Shown here piece by piece: positions 9,559-19,560 of a DNA stretch of 64,000 bases. This stretch comes from Fibrobacteria bacterium (GTDB lineage: Bacteria; Fibrobacterota; Chitinivibrionia; Chitinivibrionales; FEN-1185), in assembly GCA_037447435.1 (NCBI GenBank), contig JBBIGR010000017.1, positions 28,985 to 92,984 on the forward strand. The letters are read 5' to 3'. How positions within the stretch are numbered: position 1 is the stretch's first letter; every line of letters begins with the position of its first letter. Position numbers and translations under genes: made by a program. The notes below the pieces were generated by a model. It did no database searches and was not told where the DNA came from. It worked only from the letters and a program-made list of their open reading frames with translations.

Positions 9559-11793
9559 TTATTTATGCTTTAAACCTATTATTTGCCGAATTGTCTGTTT
9601 CTGACCTGTTATGGTGTTTTCGATATAAATTCGGGCGACATATGTTCCTGCACCCGCGGTAACGCCTTTTGAGGTTTTACCATCCCAATTCCAAAATAAT
9701 TTTACACCGCTTTTGACATCCACAGACATTGTTTTTTGTTCCAATACCGTGTTACCGACCGCATCAAAAATAATTACTTTGCCGGAAATGCTTCCGGTTT
9801 CCAACTGTTGCTGGACTGCCTTAATGAGGGATACTTCTATCCTCGTACCGGTAATGATGGGGTTTTTCTGATCTTGTTGATTACTGGGAATATTTGTTTC
9901 ACCGGGAATGAACGGGTTTGATGCGACATGGTAATCCTTTACGATAGATACATCGCCGCACAATGCCAATGCGAACGATCGAGTTGCATCTTTTATCGAG
10001 AACTTATCGTTAATGGTATTTGCCAAATAAACATAAAAAATCTTATCTCCTTGCCTGACAATATTGATTGGAATAACCGGTGATGGTACGCCATTCGATA
10101 AAAGTGTAAACAAGGTTTTAGGGTCGGTTTGGGTTGGAACATTTTCCGTAAAAGTCACCTTAATGCTATCGTTAGTCGAAGGAGAAAAACAGGCGCTTTT
10201 TATGACAGGCCCGGCATTATCGACGATATTGGCAACGGTGAACGGTCTGCCGCTTACCGTCATTGCCGTATCCGACAAAACAAAAGCCGAAGAACCGATA
10301 TTCACATTGGTTTCGTATGGGCCGTCACTGTTTTCATTAATAATGATGTGTATTGTTTTATTTTTAATATCGGGAATTATCTGGCTGTTCCTAAGCGATA
10401 TTTTTGCTCCGTCTGCGGTGACGAGGGTTAAAGACAGAATCCATTTTGTCATGTCGGGCATGGTCGTTCGTATTTGAGCGGTATCTGTCCACGACAAGTC
10501 TATTTTATCTATATGCCCTTCCTTATTCGTATCGAGAACGGTAGCTATTACCGGTATGGCTGCATCGGGCACGGTCGAACAATTGATTACAATTCCTGAA
10601 GGATTGGATGCCGTACTGCTTTTTTGTACCGAGAAATTGATCGTTTCGACAGTGTCGCGATAGGTGTTTGTCGTTGGGTTCGTATACCGATAAGTTACCT
10701 GCATGGAAAATTGCGTCGCGGCATTTCCCAAGAAAAAACTGTCCGGAAAAACGAAGTTTCCGTTGGCGAAATTATTTGAGGTAACATTGTTAAGTACCAT
10801 TTTTAATGGAAGGGCATCGACATGGATTTGATTAATAACATTTTGCATTATGGTCGTCATTAACGACTGGTAAGAAGCTTGAAGAGAAAAATAATTGCTC
10901 AAGGGATTTGATGAAGAATACCCGTTGTTTTGAATGTTTTGCGTCATAGTTCTGATGGTTTGTGGCGCAGTATTGTTTGCCGTTAAAAATATGGTAAATG
11001 TTGTTGGAACTCCTTTTGTAGAATCCCGGTAATATTCCTGCGGTATTCCATTTGCCAACGATTCGCCCTGTGTTGCAACACCGTCTGAAAGGAAAACGAT
11101 AAATTGTTTGTTCTTCGCATTTACTGCATTTGCAAAAGCTTCCCGGGCAGCAAAAAAAGCGGCGTTAATATTTGTGAACGCAGCGTTGCTGGTATCGGGC
11201 CTGTAAACCAAATCGATGGTATCCTGTCTGCCCGTAAATGTTTTTGTTTGCAATATGTCTTTTAAAATCGTCAGGCCGGTCCTGCTATCGTAGCTTTGAT
11301 TCAACGTTAAAAAGGGAATATACGCTTGCGAAGGATGCCCATAATAATCCCTGGACAATGTTTTAAAATATTTTTTATAGTAAACCGGTTGCGTTGTATT
11401 CGTATCAAACACTAGATACTGTCTGAAAACGACGAGCCCGACTTCGGCATGCGGCCATTTTACCGCAATGGAATCTAAAAGATCGCGAGTAACGTTAAAC
11501 CGTGCACCGGACGGATCGCTGGCAGGCGTACTATTATTTGTCGCAAAAAACATACTCCCTGAATTGTCGATTATAAACAATATGGACGGAGTGTCGTTTA
11601 CCGCAATGCTTTTGGAATCCTTACATGCAAGAATGCTCGGCGCAATTCCCACTACTTTATCCGGCACTAGTATGGTTTTATTGTTAAACGAATCCGGACA
11701 TGCGGAAAAACTCATGACGCAACGTTCCGAAGCAAAAGTCATTCCCCAGAGCGTGAAAATTAATAGGATTACGCGGCTTGATTGATTAACCAT
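9559..11793 (-). CDS. Secreted von Willebrand factor A domain protein with C-terminal FlgD-Ig-like domain
   Basis: ATG 11793 with AAAGGAGA RBS and a signal peptide. MIDAS DNSGS...T...FLSDG. C-terminal SNPF...IFDAVGN...WNWDGK...GTYV. Confidence 0.8.
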   Translation of the reverse strand: MVNQSSRVILLIFTLWGMTFASERCVMSFSACPDSFNNKTILVPDKVVGIAPSILACKDSKSIAVNDTPSILFIIDNSGSMFFATNNSTPASDPSGARFNVTRDLLDSIAVKWPHAEVGLVVFRQYLVFDTNTTQPVYYKKYFKTLSRDYYGHPSQAYIPFLTLNQSYDSRTGLTILKDILQTKTFTGRQDTIDLVYRPDTSNAAFTNINAAFFAAREAFANAVNAKNKQFIVFLSDGVATQGESLANGIPQEYYRDSTKGVPTTFTIFLTANNTAPQTIRTMTQNIQNNGYSSSNPLSNYFSLQASYQSLMTTIMQNVINQIHVDALPLKMVLNNVTSNNFANGNFVFPDSFFLGNAATQFSMQVTYRYTNPTTNTYRDTVETINFSVQKSSTASNPSGIVINCSTVPDAAIPVIATVLDTNKEGHIDKIDLSWTDTAQIRTTMPDMTKWILSLTLVTADGAKISLRNSQIIPDIKNKTIHIIINENSDGPYETNVNIGSSAFVLSDTAMTVSGRPFTVANIVDNAGPVIKSACFSPSTNDSIKVTFTENVPTQTDPKTLFTLLSNGVPSPVIPINIVRQGDKIFYVYLANTINDKFSIKDATRSFALALCGDVSIVKDYHVASNPFIPGETNIPSNQQDQKNPIITGTRIEVSLIKAVQQQLETGSISGKVIIFDAVGNTVLEQKTMSVDVKSGVKLFWNWDGKTSKGVTAGAGTYVARIYIENTITGQKQTIRQIIGLKHK

Positions 11794-11974
11794 GGGTATC
11801 TCCTTTTGCATGAACAATCGAAAATGGCAAAACCGTTGTTTTGAGTAAGGACTACGGATATAGATATTATCCACTTAATATAATAAAAAAGCCATAATTA
11901 GGATGGTTTATAATGTTGGAAATAACCATATTTATTAAACGAAATTAATTAAAGGTTTATCCAAGGATTTTATT

Positions 11975-12520
11975 ATGAAAAAATCGGCAATAATTATTCT
12001 ATCCGACGGGTTTGAAGAAATTGAGGCAATTACGCCTATCGATTTACTTCGACGCGCTAATATCGAAATCGATATTTTGGGACTTAATGGTTTGGAAATA
12101 ACCGGGTCCCATGCTATTAAAATTCATGCGGAAAAGCTCCTGGAAAATTCAAGTGATTTACCGGATGCTATTATTTTACCCGGTGGACCGGGCCATAAAA
12201 ATCTTTTTAATTCCACGCTTGTTATTTCTATGGTTAAAGAAATGTTTCGGGCAAAAAAGCTCTGTGCGGCGATTTGCGCCGCACCATCCGTTTTCGGCAA
12301 AGCGGGAATTCTCGCAGGGAAAGCTGCTACTTGTTTCCCTGGGTTTGAAAAGACTTTATCGGGTGCCAGTTTCATTGATATGCCCGTTGTCGTTGACGAC
12401 AATATTATTACCAGTAGAGGTGCGGGAACGGCAGTACCTTTTTCTCTCGAAATAATAAAGTATCTGATTGATTCGGAAACCGCAGAAAAAATCGCTTCCA
12501 CAATTATTTATCGTACTTAA
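11975..12520 (+). CDS. DJ-1/PfpI (YajL/ThiJ) family protein
   Basis: GFEEIEA, ILPGG, AAICAAP (catalytic Cys), ITSRGAGT. Confidence 0.92.
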   Translation: MKKSAIIILSDGFEEIEAITPIDLLRRANIEIDILGLNGLEITGSHAIKIHAEKLLENSSDLPDAIILPGGPGHKNLFNSTLVISMVKEMFRAKKLCAAICAAPSVFGKAGILAGKAATCFPGFEKTLSGASFIDMPVVVDDNIITSRGAGTAVPFSLEIIKYLIDSETAEKIASTIIYRT

Positions 12521-13759
12521 ATGGACGCCCGGGCATATGCATTTTTCGTTGAGGAATTACAAAATCGGGGAAACGCCGATTTTTCCGGATTACCGATTGA
12601 ATTTGCCAAAGGTATTCCAAAGTCAGACGATTCTTATTATTTTGCATTGATCGCTTATTTGGATTCGCAAATAGCAAGTCCGTCTTCGCCTATATCTTTT
12701 AAAAAATTACACACATCGGATTTTTACAATACTTTTATTTTTAAGGCCCTTCTATCGATTGCCGAGGCTTTGAGTTCTAAAAAAACAAATGAACACGATT
12801 TCCGTACCAATGGAATACAGTTGATAAAATTCCTTTCGCAAACCGTCGAAGACAAAGAATCATATCTGGTGAAAGACGACTCCCGCGTTACATCAATGTT
12901 TTGCTTTTTTATCGAAGCTTTCATGTATTTAGGCTGGTGTCCCAATTCATTCGAACAAATAGCCAAAAGAGCCGCTCATTCATACTTTATGATTGCAAAG
13001 AGATTTATGCACCATACCGATACGCATGACGTCGCGTCGGTGCTTGGTTATATGTGCGGAGCTTGGCTTTTAGCCCAAAAAACCGAAGGCATTCGGGACC
13101 TATACAATAAACCTTCGTCAGTAACAATTAACAATTACGAATTCAATTACGGCACCTTGCAAAAAAGCATACTGATACGACGGACCCCGAATTCATTTTA
13201 CATACTTGATAAAAAGCAATCGTTACCGGCGCACCCCTATCGTGCAATTATGAACGATAATAAACTCGGATTATTTCTTTCGAAGCCGTTTTCTTGCATC
13301 GAACGTACAGAATCACAGGATATATCGCGGAATAAAATTACCGGTATAAAAAATCTTTATACCTTTCAACTATGCGGGTTTAAGCAGAATTTTATTTGGA
13401 CAAATGTCGTTCTTTTTTATGAAAATACGGTTTATAGAATTGATTCCATTCCGGTACCGGATTCCACAACAATAAGTGAACCATTTTCTTTGTTTGGAAA
13501 ATTTGAAGGACAAGGCAAACCGAAACAGTATGGTAAAAATTGTTTTATTTGTTTGGGAGATGAAAATTGGGTCATTAAATTCATTGAATCTCCTGGAATG
13601 TGGGATGTTGAATTTAATGATAATGACGGTCTAATTCATTTTAAACATTCGGATTTTAATTTTATTCCGGGAAAAACGATTCGGTTTATAACTGCCTGGG
13701 CATATGGAAAGGGAATAACTGCGATACGCGAAACGAAACTGCTTGGCATTTACGACTAG
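12521..13759 (+). CDS. Hypothetical protein
   Basis: 412-aa ORF starting immediately after the DJ-1 stop codon. No motif recognised. Confidence 0.7.
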   Translation: MDARAYAFFVEELQNRGNADFSGLPIEFAKGIPKSDDSYYFALIAYLDSQIASPSSPISFKKLHTSDFYNTFIFKALLSIAEALSSKKTNEHDFRTNGIQLIKFLSQTVEDKESYLVKDDSRVTSMFCFFIEAFMYLGWCPNSFEQIAKRAAHSYFMIAKRFMHHTDTHDVASVLGYMCGAWLLAQKTEGIRDLYNKPSSVTINNYEFNYGTLQKSILIRRTPNSFYILDKKQSLPAHPYRAIMNDNKLGLFLSKPFSCIERTESQDISRNKITGIKNLYTFQLCGFKQNFIWTNVVLFYENTVYRIDSIPVPDSTTISEPFSLFGKFEGQGKPKQYGKNCFICLGDENWVIKFIESPGMWDVEFNDNDGLIHFKHSDFNFIPGKTIRFITAWAYGKGITAIRETKLLGIYD

Positions 13760-13788
13760 TTTGATTCCGACAAAAGCCATCGCGTTGT

Positions 13789-14301
13789 TTACCAATTCTT
13801 CTTTACACTTTTGAGCTTTTGAATCTCGGCCTTGCCCGCATATTTATCGTTCCGTCCCGTTGTCGTATTGGCCTCTTGATTATTAATATTTTGTCCTTCA
13901 ATTTTAGGTTTCATTTTAAGTTTTTGATAATTAGAGAAAAAGACCTGGTTTAGGGTAAATGCAACGGCGATTCCAAATATTGCAATAAAACAATAGAGAA
14001 TCGTATCCTTTTTTGATAAGGAAAACGATATGTTGAACGTACGTTTTGGTCTTTTCCGGACTTTCGAATAAGCATCACTATTGCTGTTTTTAGACGAACC
14101 GGAACTGTATTTAACAAAGTCTTTGGGCTTTTTTCGCAGCCATGTCACTTTACATTTCCGGCAGGCATACCTATTGTTCCCCGCTAATAGTCTGATCCAA
14201 AATTTGGAGCCCTGGTCGAATATTCGAACGTTTGTATCGAGACCGCATACGGGGCAATATGATATCCAAAAAGAAAGTTTTACCATTATATCTTCACCCA
14301 T
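13789..14301 (-). CDS. Hypothetical membrane protein with N-terminal CxxC...CxxC zinc-ribbon-like motif
   Basis: CPVC...CRKC, basic linker, one TM segment (ILYCFIAIFGIAVAFTL). Confidence 0.6.
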   Translation of the reverse strand: MGEDIMVKLSFWISYCPVCGLDTNVRIFDQGSKFWIRLLAGNNRYACRKCKVTWLRKKPKDFVKYSSGSSKNSNSDAYSKVRKRPKRTFNISFSLSKKDTILYCFIAIFGIAVAFTLNQVFFSNYQKLKMKPKIEGQNINNQEANTTTGRNDKYAGKAEIQKLKSVKKNW

Positions 14302-14530
14302 GCTTTAACATATGAACCTATATATTTAATTATATAAACGAATCGGACAATACGCAAGACTATATTGTTAATGCGCATAACGCCAATGCGACATTCCGAT
14401 ATTTCATTTACTACCCTTTTGGTGGAATGTATTTTGGTTACTTATTTTTTTTAATTCGGATCCTTCGCATTGAAAATGACGTATCGAGATTTAAACAAAC
14501 GTTTTCTCCATTAAACGAAATCGAAAAATC

Positions 14531-15625
14531 ATGAATAAAACAATCCTTTATGATTCACATATCGCATTAAATGCTAAAATGGCTCCTTTCGGCGGATTTG
14601 AAATGCCCATTCAATATGAAGGGATTTTTGCCGAACATTTCGCGACCCGTGAAAAAGTCACGATTTTTGATACCTGTCATATGGGCGAATTCACCATGGA
14701 CGGACCAAATGCTTTAAAGGATCTTGAAAAAGTTCTGTCTTGCCCTGTAAGTTCTATGAAAATCGGCCAATGCAGATATGGTTTTTTCTGTAATGAGAAC
14801 GGTGGTGTTATCGATGATCAAATCACCTATCGGTTTGGAGAGAATGAATTTTTTATTGTTGTTAACGCATCTACTCAAGATAATGATTTTGATTGGGTTG
14901 AATCACATATATCATCCGATACTTTATTAAAAAACATTTCGAAAGAAACTGGAAAAATTGATATTCAAGGACCGCTATCGGTTAAGCTTATGAACAAGCT
15001 TCTTAAAAATCCTATTACCGGACTAAAATATTATCATTGGATGCATAACATTTATAACGATGTTCCGGTGATCGTGAGCAGAACCGGATATACCGGTGAA
15101 ATAGGCTTTGAAATTTATATCGATTCGAATTGGACAAAAAACTTTTGGGATGATTGCCTTAATTGCGGCGCCCAACCGGCGGGTTTAGGAGCAAGAGATA
15201 CCTTGCGGCTTGAAATGGGTTTTCCTCTTTACGGTCATGAGCTAGATATGTATCGCAATGCCGCGGAATCCGGTTTTTCAAAATCAATCGCTGTATCGAA
15301 ATCATTCATCGGCTCGACTGCCGTTTTGAATAGTGAAAAGCAAAAAGACGTTTTATGCGGAATTCTTTTAGACGGACGGCGTGCTGCCAGAAGTCATGAT
15401 AAAATTTTAAACAAATCCGCATCAGAAATAGGCATCGTAACAAGCGGTAGTTATTCACCATCATGTGAAACCGCAATTGCACTTGGCTATGTGAACAAGC
15501 AATTCGGGACGATCGGAGAGAAAGTTCTGATTGATAATGGTAAATCACAATTACCCGGAACAATAGTCGAATTGCCGTTTTATAAAAAATCAACTGCGAG
15601 AAAAAACATTTCCGAATTCATATAA
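14531..15625 (+). CDS. gcvT: Glycine cleavage system T protein (aminomethyltransferase)
   Basis: FGGFEMPIQY, FDTCHMG, SRTGYTGEIGFE, GLGARDTLRLEMG. Confidence 0.96.
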   Translation: MNKTILYDSHIALNAKMAPFGGFEMPIQYEGIFAEHFATREKVTIFDTCHMGEFTMDGPNALKDLEKVLSCPVSSMKIGQCRYGFFCNENGGVIDDQITYRFGENEFFIVVNASTQDNDFDWVESHISSDTLLKNISKETGKIDIQGPLSVKLMNKLLKNPITGLKYYHWMHNIYNDVPVIVSRTGYTGEIGFEIYIDSNWTKNFWDDCLNCGAQPAGLGARDTLRLEMGFPLYGHELDMYRNAAESGFSKSIAVSKSFIGSTAVLNSEKQKDVLCGILLDGRRAARSHDKILNKSASEIGIVTSGSYSPSCETAIALGYVNKQFGTIGEKVLIDNGKSQLPGTIVELPFYKKSTARKNISEFI

Positions 15626-15636
15626 AGGAGACAATT

Positions 15637-16035
15637 ATGGGAACCTCTAGTTCAAAAACTCCGAATGACCGTAAATTTACAAAAACGCATGAATGGGTAA
15701 AAATCGAAGGAAACATCGCTATCGTCGGCATTTCCGACCATGCGCAGCATGCGCTTGGCGATATCACGTTTGTTGAGCTTCCCTCTATTGGAAAACAAGT
15801 TAAAAAAGCTCAAAGTTGCGCAACCATAGAATCGGTCAAGGCTGCAAGCGACATTTATGCGCCAATTTCCGGAGAAATCATTGAGTCTAATAACGCTCTT
15901 GAAACGCATCCGGAAAAAATCAATGCAGATCCGTTTGAACAGGCATGGTTGTTTAAAATAAAAAACATCAATCCGTCGGAGTCCGCAGACCTTCTTGATG
16001 CCGACGCCTACGATGAATTTGCGAAGTCGGAATAG
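15637..16035 (+). CDS. gcvH: Glycine cleavage system H protein
   Basis: HEWV, GISDHAQHALGD, lipoyl-Lys motif IESVKAASD. Confidence 0.97.
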   Translation: MGTSSSKTPNDRKFTKTHEWVKIEGNIAIVGISDHAQHALGDITFVELPSIGKQVKKAQSCATIESVKAASDIYAPISGEIIESNNALETHPEKINADPFEQAWLFKIKNINPSESADLLDADAYDEFAKSE

Positions 16036-16044
16036 AGAACCATT

Positions 16045-17379
16045 ATGAGCTATATAGCAAACACGGATTCCCAACAAAAAGAAATGCTCGCCAAATGCGG
16101 AATATCGTCCATAGACGATCTCTTTTCTGACATTCCCAAGGATTTAAAACCCAAATCCTTTGCTTTGCCGCAGGGAAAATCGGAACTAGAGATTCGCTCA
16201 CTTTTAACCAATTTGGCGTCGCAAAATTATTCGCATTTAATAAACTTTCTCGGCGGCGGATTTTACGACCATTTCATTCCCGCAGCGGTCGATGCTATTG
16301 CCTCGCGGAGTGAATTTTATACCGCATATACGCCATATCAGCCGGAATTATCGCAGGGCACTTTACAGGCTATTTACGAATACCAATCAGACATTTGCCG
16401 GTTGACCGGCATGGAAGTGTCAAATGCCTCATTATATGACGGCGGAACCGCTTTATTTGAAGCCTGTCAAATGGCAATCAGGACTACCGAGCGCCCCAAA
16501 ATCATTGTCGACGGCGGCGTGAACCCCATTTATCGGAAGATGCTTTATTGCTATACCGAAAATTTATCAATAGATTTTGAAGAAATTCCGGTATTGCACG
16601 GTAAAAGCGACAGAGAAAAAATCATTTCTTCTCTAAGCGATAAAACGGCTGCGGTCATCATTCAAAACCCCAATTTCTTCGGCGTGATCGATAATCACAC
16701 CGATATTATTGCAAAATGTCATTCGTTGGGTATTCTGGTGATTCAATCCGTATATCCCATTGCAATGGCATTATTAAAATCACCCGGTGAGATCGGCGTT
16801 GATATCGTAACCGGCGAAGGCCAGTCATTAGGATTACCGCTTTCTTTCGGCGGTCCATATCTCGGTTTTATGGCTACAACAAAGAACCTGGTAAGAAAAA
16901 TGCCCGGCCGAATTGTCGGACGCACTGTCGACACGAAAAATCGGCAAGGTTTTGTTCTGACATTACAAGCGAGAGAGCAACATATACGCAGGGAAAAAGC
17001 AACCTCGAATATTTGTTCCAACGAAGCGTTATGCGCTCTCAGAGCCCATGCGTATTTGAGTGTTTTGGGCAGACAGGGATTGCGGGAAGTCGCTTCGCTG
17101 TGTCTGAACAAAGCCCACTATGCAAAGGAAAGAATAAGCCGTATTCCGAATGTCAAGGTTATGGATTCGAGTCCGACTTTTAATGAATTTACCGTCCAAT
17201 TGCCGATTGATGCGGCGGAAGTTGTGGGCAAAATGATAGAACGCGGTTTTGCCCCGGGTTTTCCTCTCGGAAGATATTATCCGGGAATGGATAATTATTT
17301 ACTCGTTGCCGTAACAGAAAAACGAACCAAATATGAAATAGGATCGTTTTGCGAAGCACTTGAATCTGCAATAACGTAA
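16045..17379 (+). CDS. gcvPA: Glycine dehydrogenase (decarboxylating) subunit 1
   Basis: FYTAYTPYQPELSQG, NASLYDGG, REQHIRREKATSNICSN. Confidence 0.96.
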   Translation: MSYIANTDSQQKEMLAKCGISSIDDLFSDIPKDLKPKSFALPQGKSELEIRSLLTNLASQNYSHLINFLGGGFYDHFIPAAVDAIASRSEFYTAYTPYQPELSQGTLQAIYEYQSDICRLTGMEVSNASLYDGGTALFEACQMAIRTTERPKIIVDGGVNPIYRKMLYCYTENLSIDFEEIPVLHGKSDREKIISSLSDKTAAVIIQNPNFFGVIDNHTDIIAKCHSLGILVIQSVYPIAMALLKSPGEIGVDIVTGEGQSLGLPLSFGGPYLGFMATTKNLVRKMPGRIVGRTVDTKNRQGFVLTLQAREQHIRREKATSNICSNEALCALRAHAYLSVLGRQGLREVASLCLNKAHYAKERISRIPNVKVMDSSPTFNEFTVQLPIDAAEVVGKMIERGFAPGFPLGRYYPGMDNYLLVAVTEKRTKYEIGSFCEALESAIT

Positions 17380-17463
17380 ATATTTGATAGTAAATATTTT
17401 ATAAAAAGCACTGAACCTACTATTTAATTTTCGCGACTATACGAATAACTATATAGGAAAATT

Positions 17464-18915
17464 ATGGAAATCATTTTTAAAAAATCAATTCCAGGAAGAC
17501 GCGGCGTGACATTGCCAAAAAACGATGTGCCGCTACAGGCATCGATTCCATCGGAATATTCCCGCGGGAAAGAAGCTGATTTATGTGAATTGTCCGAGTT
17601 GGATGTGGTCAGACATTTTACAGAGCTTTCACGTCGTAATTTCGGCGTTGACACTAATTTTTATCCGCTTGGTTCCTGCACTATGAAATATAACCCGAAA
17701 ATTTGCGAGGAAATTGCCAAGCTCGACGGATTTTCCTCATTGCATCCGCTCCTTCCGCAATTGCGTAGAGGCGGAATGCTTACGCAAGGCGCATTGGCGG
17801 TAATATACGAATTGGAACAATTGCTTTGTGAAATATCCGGAATGGACGCATTTACCTTGCAGCCTATGGCAGGCGCACACGGTGAATTGACGGGTATGAT
17901 GCTTATTGCCGCATATCACAGGAACAAAGGCAATAATAAAACCGAAGTGCTTATCCCCGACGAAGCCCATGGGACGAATCCGTCAAGTGCTTGCCTTGCG
18001 GGTTATACGGTAAAACCGGTTCCTACAAATCCGGAAACGGGAACGATCGACGTTGCTACGCTTGAATCCATGATCGGTCCGCAAACTGCGGCAATCATGA
18101 TGACAAATCCGAATACTCTCGGTATTTTTAATGCCCAAATAGGCAAAATCGCCGATTGCGCCCATAAACATGATGCCCTCTTGTATTATGATGGCGCGAA
18201 TTTAAATGCAATACTTGGTAAATTCAGACCTGGCGATGCTAATTTCGACGTTATGCATATTAATTTGCACAAAACTTTTGCCACACCGCATGGCGGCGGC
18301 GGACCGGGTGCGGGCCCTGTCGGCGTAAAAAAACATCTGGTTGAATTTCTCCCGATTTCGCGAGTTTCAAAAAGACCGGACAACACCTATTCGCTTGATT
18401 ATGATTTTCCAAAATCGATTGGTTATATTGCTCCCTTTTACGGCAATTTCAGTGTTTGTCTTAAGGCCTATGCGTACATTTTAATGTTGGGCGCAAAAGG
18501 ACTGACTAAAGTGAGCGAAAATGCGGTATTAAATGCTAATTATGTCATGCATTCTTTAAAAGATCATTTTCATGTTCCTTATTTAAAAACATGTATGCAT
18601 GAATGCGTTATCACGGCAAAAAAACAAATGGAAAATCATGTTAATGCTTTGGACATTGCTAAAAAGCTTATTGATATGGGATTTCATCCTCCAACCGTTT
18701 ATTTTCCGCTTATCGTTAAAGAGGCAATGATGATCGAGCCTACCGAAACGGAAAGCAAAGAAACCCTTGATTCATTTATAGTTGCAATGAAAACGCTTGC
18801 AGATGAGGCAAAGGTCTCGCCGGATAATTTTCATGAAGCCCCGGCAAATGCACCGGTCAGCAGATTGGATGAATTAAAAGCAGCGCGCGATATGGATTTT
18901 GCATTTATATTATAA
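17464..18915 (+). CDS. gcvPB: Glycine dehydrogenase (decarboxylating) subunit 2
   Basis: PLGSCTMKYNP, HGTNPSSA, PLP-Lys motif NLHKTFATPHGGGGPG, IEPTETESKE. Confidence 0.96.
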   Translation: MEIIFKKSIPGRRGVTLPKNDVPLQASIPSEYSRGKEADLCELSELDVVRHFTELSRRNFGVDTNFYPLGSCTMKYNPKICEEIAKLDGFSSLHPLLPQLRRGGMLTQGALAVIYELEQLLCEISGMDAFTLQPMAGAHGELTGMMLIAAYHRNKGNNKTEVLIPDEAHGTNPSSACLAGYTVKPVPTNPETGTIDVATLESMIGPQTAAIMMTNPNTLGIFNAQIGKIADCAHKHDALLYYDGANLNAILGKFRPGDANFDVMHINLHKTFATPHGGGGPGAGPVGVKKHLVEFLPISRVSKRPDNTYSLDYDFPKSIGYIAPFYGNFSVCLKAYAYILMLGAKGLTKVSENAVLNANYVMHSLKDHFHVPYLKTCMHECVITAKKQMENHVNALDIAKKLIDMGFHPPTVYFPLIVKEAMMIEPTETESKETLDSFIVAMKTLADEAKVSPDNFHEAPANAPVSRLDELKAARDMDFAFIL

Positions 18916-19031
18916 ATTAATACGAAGGAGGTGAAGGCTTTTTTTGAGGTATTATTGTTGCTTTCACTTCTTAAATGAATTATAATTATTAATGAAAGTT
19001 GTTTTTGAATCAGGTAAAAAAGGAGATTGTT

Positions 19032-19481
19032 ATGCGGTTAAAATTACTATCATTGGTTTTTATCTCATTGGTGGCGACGCTCGCTTTTGGGGAAAAGAAT
19101 CCGCAGAAATTCGTTACTCCCACAAAAGAGGACGTTGGTATTTACAAAAACGAAATTCGCGAACTGTATGAAAAGCCTCAATCGACCGTCGGAACGAACG
19201 ACCGTCTCCTCATATTGGAAAACGGGAAACAGGCTTTTAAAGTTCAAAAAGGCGACGGTACCGTCGGTTGGGTTGAAAAACGCCTTGTAGCGACAACAGG
19301 CAAAAGCAAAACCTTCGTGTTCGATGACGCCGAAGTTATCGGGTATCTTGACAATCCGACACCTGTTTACATTATCGATGCCGACAATCCGAATGCCGAC
19401 CCTATTAAGCTCGACCGTTCGTTTGCCGACGCTCTTCGTGAAAATGTCGACCGGGAAACAATAGAGCGCCAGACCAAGTAA
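19032..19481 (+). CDS. Secreted protein with an SH3b-like domain
   Basis: ATG 19032 with AAGGAG RBS, signal peptide, SH3b-like ...ILE...FKVQ..DGTVGWV motif. Confidence 0.6.
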   Translation: MRLKLLSLVFISLVATLAFGEKNPQKFVTPTKEDVGIYKNEIRELYEKPQSTVGTNDRLLILENGKQAFKVQKGDGTVGWVEKRLVATTGKSKTFVFDDAEVIGYLDNPTPVYIIDADNPNADPIKLDRSFADALRENVDRETIERQTK

Positions 19482-19499
19482 TTGCTTTAAGTAACAGAC

Positions 19500-19543
19500 C
19501 CAAAATAAAAAAGGAACAGCGAACTGTTCCTTTTTTATTTTGG
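19500..19543. terminator. Bidirectional intrinsic terminator
   Basis: Perfect 20-bp inverted repeat CCAAAATAAAAAAGGAACAG-cgaa-CTGTTCCTTTTTTATTTTGG between convergent genes. Confidence 0.9.
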
Positions 19544-19560
19544 TCCCGATCTTTTGTTCT

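Noticed and set aside
14302..14530. Glycine riboswitch upstream of gcvT
   Set aside because: No GGAGA...CCGAAG...CTCTCAGG aptamer cores are visible and the region is unstructured and AT-rich.
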